A stretch of 32,000 bases of DNA from an uncultured Chloroflexia bacterium. Lineage in GTDB: Bacteria; Chloroflexota; Ktedonobacteria; Ktedonobacterales; JADMIN01. The translations under genes and the position numbers were made by a program. The DNA lies in assembly GCA_963718915.1 (NCBI GenBank), contig CAVRAI010000003.1, positions 60,001-92,000 on the forward strand. Reading direction: 5' to 3'. How positions within the stretch are numbered: the stretch's first letter is position 1; every line of letters starts with the position of its first letter. The notes beneath the pieces were generated by a model. It was not told the origin of the DNA and did no database searches. It saw nothing but the letters and a program-made list of their open reading frames with translations. Of this stretch, positions 9,246 through 16,532 are shown piece by piece.

Positions 9246-10106
9246 ATGATTGGCGGTGTCAGCACCTTTACCATCGCCGCGAACACATTCTCCGGGCTGT
9301 TCTCGAACGCGATTGTCTCGCACGTGAGCAACAACTCGAACCTGACGATTGTCTCGAACACGGTGACGCAGGATATCGGTGATATTCAGTACGCCGCGGG
9401 CTGGGTCTACGGCGGATCAGATAACGCCACCTTTGATCTTGACAAGCTGACCGGAACCAACAGCATCAGCGGCAATACGATCACGTTCTCCGGCAGCAAC
9501 GCCTACCCGAGCGCTTCCGTCGAGGCTATCCGCCTGCGCTCGGGAGCAACCGGCACATTCAGCATCAACAGCAACACGTTTGATGGTGGCGGTGTGGGCG
9601 GTCCCGATACCACCGCACTGATGCTCGATAGTGGCGTCGCGCTTGGCGCGAACTCGGTCAACGGCAACCTCTTCCGCCGCTTTACCAACGGCGTGAACGA
9701 CTCCACCGCCGCGACCTATACCTTCGGCGTCAACAACTGCATCACGGGCAATAGCTCGTACGGCTTCTCCGCCAGCGGCGGCGCGGTCAACGCGCAGCAT
9801 AACTGGTGGGGTTCGGCCAACGGCCCCAGCCTGACCGGCCCCGGCACCACCATCGGCTATGGCAACCCGGTCACAGCCGCCGTGGACGCTTCGAGCTTCC
9901 TGACGTCCACACCAAATTCGGCCTGTGGCGGGCCAGTGGCGTCGAACGTGCAGAGCAGTGTGAATCCGCTGCCGCTCGGTGTTGCCTTCAACCTGACGGC
10001 GACGCTGGACACGACGACCACCAGCAACTCGCCCGTTCATATGGGCTACTACACGCTGGACGGCGGCTCCCCAACATACGATGACCACCACCAGCGGTAC
10101 CTATGA
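9246..10106 (+). CDS. Surface protein fragment 2 of 3: beta-helix repeats continuing into a beta-sandwich region
   Basis: The frame is open from 9156. ...SANNNISGDFGIRMIGGVSTFTIAANTFSGLFSNAIVSHVSNNSNLTIVSNTV continues the repeat register of fragment 1. It contains NAQHNWWGSANGP, typical of the end of such beta-helix modules. Confidence 0.7.
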   Translation: MIGGVSTFTIAANTFSGLFSNAIVSHVSNNSNLTIVSNTVTQDIGDIQYAAGWVYGGSDNATFDLDKLTGTNSISGNTITFSGSNAYPSASVEAIRLRSGATGTFSINSNTFDGGGVGGPDTTALMLDSGVALGANSVNGNLFRRFTNGVNDSTAATYTFGVNNCITGNSSYGFSASGGAVNAQHNWWGSANGPSLTGPGTTIGYGNPVTAAVDASSFLTSTPNSACGGPVASNVQSSVNPLPLGVAFNLTATLDTTTTSNSPVHMGYYTLDGGSPTYDDHHQRYL

Positions 10107-11568
10107 CAGCAGCAATTCGGTGGATGTCACCGCGTCACTGGCGGCCTTCAACTCCGTTGGCAGCCATACACTGTGCGTCTACGGCGTGGATGTCTACATC
10201 CAGACAGGCGACCCCGTCTGCATCACGCTCGACGTGACCACCGCCGACACGACCACGACCGTCACCAGCAGCGACAATCCCTCGCTGGCCGGGCATAGCG
10301 TGACCTTCACGATCACGGTGGCAGGCACGGCGGGCACGCCAACTGGCACGGTCACACTCAAAGATGGCTCGAATACGCTCGCGGGTCCGCTGGCGCTCGA
10401 TGGCTCCGGCCAGGCGACCTACACGACCTCCGCGCTGGCGGTGGGCACTCATCTGATTACCGCCGAATACCCCGGCGATAGCAGCGGCTCCCCCATCTTC
10501 GCGGCGTCAACCTCGTCCACGCTCAATCAGGTGGTCAACCTGGTCAGCACGACGACGACGGTGACCACATCGCCCAATCCGTCGGTCAGCGGCCAGACAG
10601 TGACGTTCTCTGTGACGGTCAACGCCGCCGATAGCTCGACGCCGACTGGCACCGTGGTGATCAAAGATGGCGTGAACGTGCTCGGCGCGGTTACCCTGAG
10701 CGGTGGCACGGGAACCTTCAGCAGCTCGTCGCTCAGCGTCGGCACGCATAACATCACTGCCGCGTACGGCGGCGACAGCACACACGATCTGTCGAGCGGC
10801 GCGACGACCCAGACGGTGAACGCGACACCCGCGGTGCCAACCGGCGCGAAGAACGCCTACATCCGCATCGTGCAGGCGAGTGAAGAGTATACGACCAGCG
10901 ATATTGGCATCGATGGCAACATCACCTTCCCGAATGTGGCGGCCTGCACGGCCCAGGCGTACTATCCCATCGCGGCGGGCAACCACACCTTCACGGTGAA
11001 CAATCCCAGCGGTGGCTCGACCGTCATCACCCAGGCCGTCAGCCTGACCGCGGGCCAGTACTACACGATTGCGGTGGTGGGCAGCACTGTCCACTCTGTG
11101 ACTCCGGCGCTGTGGGTCTTCCAGGATGACAACAGTGTCACGCCCAATCACGCCAAGGTGCGCGTCTACCATCTCTCCGACACGTTGGGGCCGGTGCAGG
11201 TGAATCAGGGGAGCAATGTCATCGCGGCGAGCCTGACCTTCACCAACGCAACGGGCTACAACAGCTATAGCCCCGGCTCGGTGGCATACAGCTTCCAGCC
11301 GACCAGTGGCCCGGCGATCAACGATACGCTCAATGTCGCGGCGAATCAGGTGTACAGCGTCTTCCTGATGTGCAACGGACAGGTGACGAACACTGCGGCG
11401 ACAGGCATACCGACTGGATTGCCACAGACTGGCTACGGGCAACAGCCCTGGCTGAACGCGCAGATCATCAGAGTCCTGCTGCTTGTGGGCACGGTTCTGC
11501 TGGTGATCGGTCTCGGCGGCCTCGGCTCCTACTTCATCATCGGACGCCGCCGCGAAGCGCTTCAGTAG
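10081..11568 (+). CDS. Surface protein fragment 3 of 3: tandem Ig-like domains, DUF4397-like domains, LPQTG cell-wall sorting signal
   Basis: Two near-repeats occur: TTTTVTSSDNPSLAGHSVTFTITV...GTVTLKDGSNTL...TH.ITA.Y.GDS and TTTTVTTSPNPSVSGQTVTFSVTV...GTVVIKDGVNVL. These are followed by YIRIVQAS.../AKVRVYHLSD... (DUF4397-like) and LPQTG plus a hydrophobic helix plus RRRE. Confidence 0.8.
   Translation: MTTTSGTYDSSNSVDVTASLAAFNSVGSHTLCVYGVDVYIQTGDPVCITLDVTTADTTTTVTSSDNPSLAGHSVTFTITVAGTAGTPTGTVTLKDGSNTLAGPLALDGSGQATYTTSALAVGTHLITAEYPGDSSGSPIFAASTSSTLNQVVNLVSTTTTVTTSPNPSVSGQTVTFSVTVNAADSSTPTGTVVIKDGVNVLGAVTLSGGTGTFSSSSLSVGTHNITAAYGGDSTHDLSSGATTQTVNATPAVPTGAKNAYIRIVQASEEYTTSDIGIDGNITFPNVAACTAQAYYPIAAGNHTFTVNNPSGGSTVITQAVSLTAGQYYTIAVVGSTVHSVTPALWVFQDDNSVTPNHAKVRVYHLSDTLGPVQVNQGSNVIAASLTFTNATGYNSYSPGSVAYSFQPTSGPAINDTLNVAANQVYSVFLMCNGQVTNTAATGIPTGLPQTGYGQQPWLNAQIIRVLLLVGTVLLVIGLGGLGSYFIIGRRREALQ
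11419..11568 (+). other. C-terminal sortase sorting signal (LPQTG, TM helix, basic tail)
   Basis: ttg cca cag act ggc at 11419-11433 encodes LPQTG. It is followed by IIRVLLLVGTVLLVIGLGGLGSYFII and GRRRE before the stop at 11566-11568. Confidence 0.85.
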
Positions 11569-11651
11569 CGGACATCGCGCACGGCGAGCCACTAGCGGGC
11601 GGGAGTTGGCAGAGACGCCAGCTTCCGCCCTATTCTTCCCTGGCAAGGGCA

Positions 11652-11760
11652 GCTATACCAATTTCCACTGGGTTGTTGGTGTTTTGCGAGCGCTGGCCGT
11701 AGCGTTGACGCTACGGCGAATTTCCTGGTCTATTCGCCGGGGCCTTCAGGCTCCGGTACC
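11652..11760. repeat. GC-rich palindromic intergenic repeat, copy 2 (core inverted relative to copy 1)
   Basis: gctataccaatttccactgggttgttggtgttttgcgagcg is direct with 2021-2062. The core ccgtagcgttgacgctacggcgaatttcctggtctattcgccggggccttcaggctccgg is the rc of copy 1 core. Confidence 0.55.
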
Positions 11761-11798
11761 CCTCCAGAAGTGAAGCAACGAAAAGGCGGTGAACGGAG

Positions 11799-12482
11799 AT
11801 GCGATCACGGCGAATGCTGGGAATAGTGGCGCTCATCGTGGCGCTGATTGGCGCCAGTGTCGTCTCCGTCGCGCTCTGGAATCTGCACGAGCAACAGGCC
11901 GCGACCGGTAGCGTCTCCGCCGCCAGAGCCACGCCGCGCCCGACCGCGACCACCTGGACCGATCAGCGCACGCAACAGCTCACCCAGTACGCGCCCACCC
12001 GCCTCACGATCCCCAGCATCCACCTCGACGTTGAGATCATCGGCGTCGGCGTGACCGCGGCGGGCGCGATGGATGCGCCCCGTTGCAATGCCAATAGCGA
12101 CCCTATCTGCAACGAGGTCTACTGGTTCAACGGCGGCTATCTGCCGGGCGAGACTGGCAACGCGGTCATCGCCGGGCATGTCAACCGTCCCGATCTCTCA
12201 CCCGCGCCATTCTGGAATCTCCATCTGGTGAAGAGAGGCGACAAGATTATCGTGCAACCGACCACTGGCCCGGCGCTGACCTTTGTCGTCACCTCCGTCA
12301 CCTGGATTTCAGCCTATGCGCATGGCAGCGGCGATACGACGCTTGGCGAGGTCTTCGGCCCATCCACCACCCGCAACCTCAACCTGCTGACGTGCATCGG
12401 CGACTGGGATGGCCATACCTTCGATCACCGTCTCTTTGTGCAGGCGCAGCTACAAGGGCCAAACCCCTTCCCGCAGGCGTAG
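11799..12482 (+). CDS. Sortase-family transpeptidase (class E/F-like)
   Basis: N-terminal anchor helix MLGIVALIVALIGASVVSVAL; TRLTIPSIHLDVEIIGVG; catalytic His in VIAGHVNR; Cys in LNLLTCIGDW; Arg in DHRLFVQA. It lies immediately downstream of the LPQTG protein. Confidence 0.85.
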   Translation: MRSRRMLGIVALIVALIGASVVSVALWNLHEQQAATGSVSAARATPRPTATTWTDQRTQQLTQYAPTRLTIPSIHLDVEIIGVGVTAAGAMDAPRCNANSDPICNEVYWFNGGYLPGETGNAVIAGHVNRPDLSPAPFWNLHLVKRGDKIIVQPTTGPALTFVVTSVTWISAYAHGSGDTTLGEVFGPSTTRNLNLLTCIGDWDGHTFDHRLFVQAQLQGPNPFPQA

Positions 12483-12494
12483 ACGAGATTGGGC

Positions 12495-12524
12495 AAAAAA
12501 ACGACGAGAGGCAATCGCTGCCTC
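12495..12524 (-). terminator. Candidate intrinsic terminator between convergent genes
   Basis: On the minus strand, gaggca-gcgat-tgcctc (12524-12508) is followed by tcgtcgTTTTTTT (A-run 12495-12501 on +). It lies just past the stop at 12558. The U-tract is offset 6 nt from the stem, hence modest confidence. Confidence 0.35.
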
Positions 12525-12557
12525 CCGCCGCATGAGCTCACCGCCCGCGAAACCGCG

Positions 12558-13094
12558 CTAACTCTCCTCTTCAGGGCCATCCGAATCATTAGCTGGGGCA
12601 TCATCGCCACGGAACGCATTGGCGGCGTCGCTGCCAAGCAGGTCTGCCCCGCTGAGCGAGCCACGTGGCGCGGGCCGGTCGGCGTTATCGGGGGCGCCGC
12701 TACCGGGCCAAAGGGGGCGCGAAGGGCCAGCCGGGCGCAGGGAGAACCCACCGCTGTCCTGTTCGTCTGATGGGACATCGTCGGTTCCATCGGGCGCCGG
12801 GTGTTGCGCCGAGGACTGCTGCGCCATATCACTGCTCTTTTGAACCGTATCCAGCGCCGTGAGTGTCCAGGCAATGCCGGTATCGGCGTTGCGCACCGTG
12901 CGCGAGAGCACGCCAAGCTCCTGCGCGAATGCCGCGACCGCGCGTTCCTGCTGATTCAGTTCCTCGCCAATTTGCAGCAGCAGATGCCACACCTCGACCA
13001 GTTCCACCGGGAGCTCGTCGCCCGTTGCAAGCGCCCGACCGTTCGCGCCGTTCGCGCCGTTCGCGCCATTGTGCTCCGCTCGGCCGACTCTCAT
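12558..13094 (-). CDS. C-terminal fragment of the disrupted membrane/coiled-coil protein (acidic, Pro/Asp-rich tail)
   Basis: The translation ...AEHNGANGANGANGRALATGDELPVELVEVWHLLLQIGEELNQQERAVAAFAQELGVLSRTV... has protein-like composition. Over the same DNA, the frame of the upstream ORF gives Arg/Gly junk (QWRERRERRERSGACNGRRAPGG...). Confidence 0.6.
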   Translation of the reverse strand: MRVGRAEHNGANGANGANGRALATGDELPVELVEVWHLLLQIGEELNQQERAVAAFAQELGVLSRTVRNADTGIAWTLTALDTVQKSSDMAQQSSAQHPAPDGTDDVPSDEQDSGGFSLRPAGPSRPLWPGSGAPDNADRPAPRGSLSGADLLGSDAANAFRGDDAPANDSDGPEEES

Positions 13095-14628
13095 CGGCGG
13101 ACTGGCTGGAGTCCATCGTGGGCAGGGGCATGGTCAGCGGCGCGATATTGGCCTCGGCGGGCGTGGCGGGCGCAAGCGTCTCAAATTCATGCGTCAGACC
13201 TGGCTCGACGCCGATGCCCAGCCCCTTGAGCGCGGGATCGCCGCCTTCGTGTGGGTCCGCCGTCTGGGTAATCTGTGGTGGCAGCACCACGGCCATCATG
13301 CGCCGGGCTTTCCCCAGCAACTCCAGCTCCTTCTGCAGCGACGCCTGCAACGACTCCGCGCGCGAGATCAGCGCGCCAGCCTGTCGCCGCGCCGCGACGA
13401 ACTCGTCCGATGCGTTGGTCAGACCATCGCGGCTATGGGCAACGCCCGCCGAGACACGCCCAAGCTGTTCTTGCAGGCGCGCAAGGCGGCGGTTGTAGTT
13501 GTCGGCGATGCGGGTGACCATCACCGAGACATTGTCGAACGGCGTATCGGTCTTGATGGTATGTACCGGAGTAATCGTATCGTTCACATTCAGCCGATTC
13601 AGGCCTTCGGTGATCGGCAACACCGCGCCGGTCATTCGGGCGTTTTCCTGCTGCACCTGCACCATCGAGTCGAAGGTATCGAGCAGCAGATTCAGGCTGT
13701 TCTCCACCACCTCCAGATCGCCGGGCGCCACTGGTACGCGCACGGTATAGTCGCCGGTAATCGCCTGCGCAATCGCCACCTGAATGCCGCCGATGCTGCC
13801 GTCGAGCTGCTCCTGACGCTCGCGCTCATGCGTCTTCATCTGCTGGAACTGCGCCTGCCGAAATTCGAGATCCTGCGCGTGCTGGGCAGTGACCGCCGTC
13901 GCGTAGATGAAATGCGAGAGCAGCCACGAGAGGATGGCCGTCAGCGCCAGCGGACTGAGGGTATAGAGCACGACCACATAGATCTGCGGCCCCGAGACAT
14001 CGTTGTTGAAGGCGATCAACAGCAGCATCGCCCCGGTCAGCGCAAGCGACGCCCCCACGACGATCACCGTCACCTCGGGAGTCAGCAGCAGGCCGGATTC
14101 AAGCATGACCGCCAGGAAGAAGAGCGCAATGTGGCCCGTGGCCTCGGCGCTGCCCGTAAACATGGCGGCGAAGACCTGAGCGGTGATGGCAAACCCGCCG
14201 CCGAAGACCAACATATAAGCGGCGAAGTGATCGTTCTTCAGCACATTGCCAACGACCAGCGCGGCCAGATAGACCGCCAGCGAGCCGAGCATAATCGGGA
14301 AGATAAGGCCGGGTTTATCATGGTAACCAAACGAGACGGCCGCTGTGATGAGCAGTTGCACGATGATGAGCGTATTGATGAGCTTATGGCGCTGCTCCTC
14401 GCGCTCGTCCATCACATTGATCGTCTGGTCGATCACCGCCGAGAGCGCCAGACGCGGCTCCGCTGGAACCGCTTCCTCGCGGATTGGCCGGGTCAATTTG
14501 GGGTTCTCGCGCGGCGTGAATGCGCCGTTCTCTGCTCCTTCAGCGGCCATCCGGTTATCTGGCGATGAATTACTCCGGCGCAACCATTGTGGTGTCCGGC
14601 GCGAAGGCCTGGGTTCCTTGTTCATCAT
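12829..14628 (-). CDS. Polytopic membrane protein with HAMP-like linker and coiled-coil region; the last ~85 codons of the ORF look like out-of-frame read-through
   Basis: Track ORF 12829..14676; the start is uncertain (ATG 14628 used). About six hydrophobic helices (LINTLIIVQLLITAAVSF ... LALTAILSWLLSHFIY). Then QVAIAQAITGDYTVRVPVAPGDLEVVENSLNLLLDTF (HAMP-like) and heptad-rich RLARLQEQLGRVS...LQASLQKELELLGKA. Sensible sequence ends near ...MDSSQSADES (about 13085). Confidence 0.65.
   Translation of the reverse strand: MMNKEPRPSRRTPQWLRRSNSSPDNRMAAEGAENGAFTPRENPKLTRPIREEAVPAEPRLALSAVIDQTINVMDEREEQRHKLINTLIIVQLLITAAVSFGYHDKPGLIFPIMLGSLAVYLAALVVGNVLKNDHFAAYMLVFGGGFAITAQVFAAMFTGSAEATGHIALFFLAVMLESGLLLTPEVTVIVVGASLALTGAMLLLIAFNNDVSGPQIYVVVLYTLSPLALTAILSWLLSHFIYATAVTAQHAQDLEFRQAQFQQMKTHERERQEQLDGSIGGIQVAIAQAITGDYTVRVPVAPGDLEVVENSLNLLLDTFDSMVQVQQENARMTGAVLPITEGLNRLNVNDTITPVHTIKTDTPFDNVSVMVTRIADNYNRRLARLQEQLGRVSAGVAHSRDGLTNASDEFVAARRQAGALISRAESLQASLQKELELLGKARRMMAVVLPPQITQTADPHEGGDPALKGLGIGVEPGLTHEFETLAPATPAEANIAPLTMPLPTMDSSQSADESRPSGAQWRERRERRERSGACNGRRAPGGTGRGVASAAANWRGTESAGTRGRGIRAGAWRALAHGAQRRYRHCLDTHGAGYGSKEQ
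13041..13067. repeat. Perfect 3 x 9-bp tandem repeat (gttcgcgcc) encoding (NGA)3 on the minus strand
   Basis: gttcgcgcc occurs at 13041-13049, 13050-13058 and 13059-13067. The repeat lies about 10-25 nt from the inferred frameshift site. Confidence 0.9.
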
Positions 14629-14969
14629 ATCGTATGCCGTTTCTATCGCGCTTCTCGCGCGCACGCGAAAGCACACCCACCCACCTCATCCCCAGAAGAC
14701 TGAGGTGGCGCATTGTCTGAAACAGTCTCTGGCGCGTCGATCTGGAAAGGCTATCGTATCGTCGCTAGCCTCTGCCATCCCACGCCTAAAAAAACCAGAC
14801 GGGCGGCATCCAGCCAGCAAGCGCCATCAGGCACTGTATTTTAGGCGAGCGCGCGGTATCTGGCAAGGGGCAATAGGGCAGAAGTCGTGCCAGCCCGCAT
14901 CGCGCCCACAACACAAGAAATAGCGCCGACTGGTACTTGTGTCAGGGGGTATCGCCCTGGCAGGGCGCC

Positions 14970-15005
14970 CGGCTCCTCGCCCAGCTCCTCGCTCGGCTCC
15001 TGGCT
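14970..15005. repeat. Three imperfect 12-bp direct repeats upstream of the nuo-like operon promoter
   Basis: cggctcctcgcc (14970-81), cagctcctcgct (14982-93) and cggctcctggct (14994-15005). The array ends about 50 bp upstream of the -10 element at 15057. Confidence 0.5.
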
Positions 15006-15053
15006 GGCGGATGAACCGAACGGTGTGTGCGGGTGGGCAGGGCGCGGTGGTTC

Positions 15054-15062
15054 TGTTATAAT
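15054..15062 (+). promoter_or_regulatory. Candidate extended -10 promoter (TGtTATAAT) for the nuo-like operon
   Basis: tgttataat at 15054-15062 is a perfect TATAAT with an upstream TG in GC-rich non-coding DNA, about 170 nt before the nuoB-like ATG (15232). Confidence 0.4.
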
Positions 15063-15231
15063 GAACTTTGGGCTACCGTGCGCCCCGCGTTACAGCGCCC
15101 GCACGGCTCCGCCACAGATACACATGCTCATTCAACACCGTCGGCGCGCAATGTCCCCCTGGCGCGTAGCAGTTGCCCGGCCAGGCGCATGAACACGAAG
15201 ACGCGCCGGTGCAGAAGGGATTGCCTTCATC

Positions 15232-15831
15232 ATGAGTACAGATAATGCCAATCGCCCCGCGTCGGGCAGTGGTGTCCCGCGTGGTATCACCGTCCAGATG
15301 CTGGACCAGAGCACCAAACGGCGCACCGGCGAGTATGTTCCCGGCAGCCAGGAGGGGCAGGTGGCGCTGACCAGCGTCGCCGATATGCTCAAATGGGCGC
15401 AGAACTACGCGCGCAGTCGCTCGATCTGGCCGCTGGGCTACGGCCTGGCCTGCTGCGCCATCGAGATGATGGCCGCCGCGCAGAGCCACTACGACCTCTC
15501 GCGCTGGGGATCCGAGGTTTTCCGCTCCAGCCCGCGCCAGGCCGACCTGATGATCGTCGCGGGCACCGTCTGCATCAAGATGGGGCCGCGCCTCGTCCGC
15601 CTGTGGGAGCAGATGCCTGATCCCAAGTGGGTGCTCTCGCTCGGCCAGTGCGCCACGTCTGGCGGCGAGTTCTATGATAGCTATTACACTGTGCAGGGCG
15701 TGGATACGCTCGTGCCGGTCGATATCTACGTGCCAGGCTGCCCGCCCCGACCAGAGGCGCTGATCGAGGGCATTCTCAAGTTGCGCGAGAAGATTGAGAA
15801 GCAGGGTCTGAAGATTCGCGGCGAAGACTAA
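15232..15831 (+). CDS. nuoB: NADH:quinone oxidoreductase subunit B (NuoB/PSST, cluster N2 carrier)
   Basis: [20 protein letters not shown] (tandem Cys), [27 protein letters not shown] and [25 protein letters not shown] are all four N2-ligand contexts in canonical order. Confidence 0.9.
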   Translation: MSTDNANRPASGSGVPRGITVQMLDQSTKRRTGEYVPGSQEGQVALTSVADMLKWAQNYARSRSIWPLGYGLACCAIEMMAAAQSHYDLSRWGSEVFRSSPRQADLMIVAGTVCIKMGPRLVRLWEQMPDPKWVLSLGQCATSGGEFYDSYYTVQGVDTLVPVDIYVPGCPPRPEALIEGILKLREKIEKQGLKIRGED

Positions 15832-15845
15832 ATAAGGAGCAAACG

Positions 15846-16532
15846 ATGCGCGGAATACTTCAGGGTCTGGGCCTGACCTTGAGCCACGTGACCCGGCCCA
15901 AGGTCACCCGGCTGTATCCCTACGAGAAGCGCAAGCTGCCGCCGCGCAGTCGCGGCCTGATCCAGCTGATCCAGGAGGATGGGCAGGCAACGCCGTTCAA
16001 TCTGAAGTGTGAGGCGTGCCTGCTCTGTGAGAAGGCCTGTCCGCCACGCGCCATCACCATCGAGGCGCGGCCCACGTTGCGCTTCCGCCGCCGACCCTAC
16101 TTCTCGCCGACATCGGTGGCCGGCTATTACACGCCGCGCATCTCCGAGTACGCTGTCAACTATCCTAACCGGCCGTTCTCGCCGCCCGTGCTGACGCCCG
16201 TCACCACCGAACTGGAGCAGCCAGCGGATCTTGCCAGGGCCGACGAAATTCTCGACCGCGCGCCCTTCGACGCCTGGGATCTGACGGCGCTGCTCGACGA
16301 GCTGATGGACGCCTATGACGGGATGCCGCAGGCTGTGGCGTGGCGTGTGGTGGAGCGACGCGGCGTCGATATGAGCGATATCTTCGGCATTGTGACCGCC
16401 AGCGAGCGCTTCAAGCCTGCCGCCGCCGCCACACCAGGTGTGCTACGCACCGACGGAGCCGAACGCGGCCCCTCGGCGGCGACGCGCGGCAAGTATGGCA
16501 GCATCAACCATCGGAGGGCGCAGCGTGCCTGA
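15846..16532 (+). CDS. NuoI N-terminal half (single CxxCxxCxxxCP motif) fused to a Cys-less region weakly resembling the NuoE N-terminus
   Basis: TRLYPYEKRKLPPRSRGLIQLIQEDG...KCEACLLCEKACPPRAITIEA parallels E. coli NuoI ...[49 protein letters not shown]. The second ferredoxin motif is absent. The later segment LTALLDELMDAYDGMPQAVAWRVVERRGVDMSDIFGIVTASERF is NuoE-like but lacks the 2Fe-2S cysteines. The tail is low complexity. Confidence 0.7.
   Translation: MRGILQGLGLTLSHVTRPKVTRLYPYEKRKLPPRSRGLIQLIQEDGQATPFNLKCEACLLCEKACPPRAITIEARPTLRFRRRPYFSPTSVAGYYTPRISEYAVNYPNRPFSPPVLTPVTTELEQPADLARADEILDRAPFDAWDLTALLDELMDAYDGMPQAVAWRVVERRGVDMSDIFGIVTASERFKPAAAATPGVLRTDGAERGPSAATRGKYGSINHRRAQRA

Noticed and set aside
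13041-13067. Possible CRISPR or other spaced repeat arrays anywhere in the window.
   Set aside because: Only short tandem repeats without spacers (9 bp x3, 12 bp x3, PYQ/PAM codon repeats) and two-copy palindromic elements were seen. Nothing shows a repeat-spacer periodicity, and no cas genes are present.
15846-16532. Calling gene 2 simply nuoI, or a frameshifted nuoI-nuoE pair.
   Set aside because: No alternative frame in 16080-16530 encodes the missing second ferredoxin motif or the NuoE 2Fe-2S cysteines. The missing NuoI half is instead found in frame at the end of gene 4.
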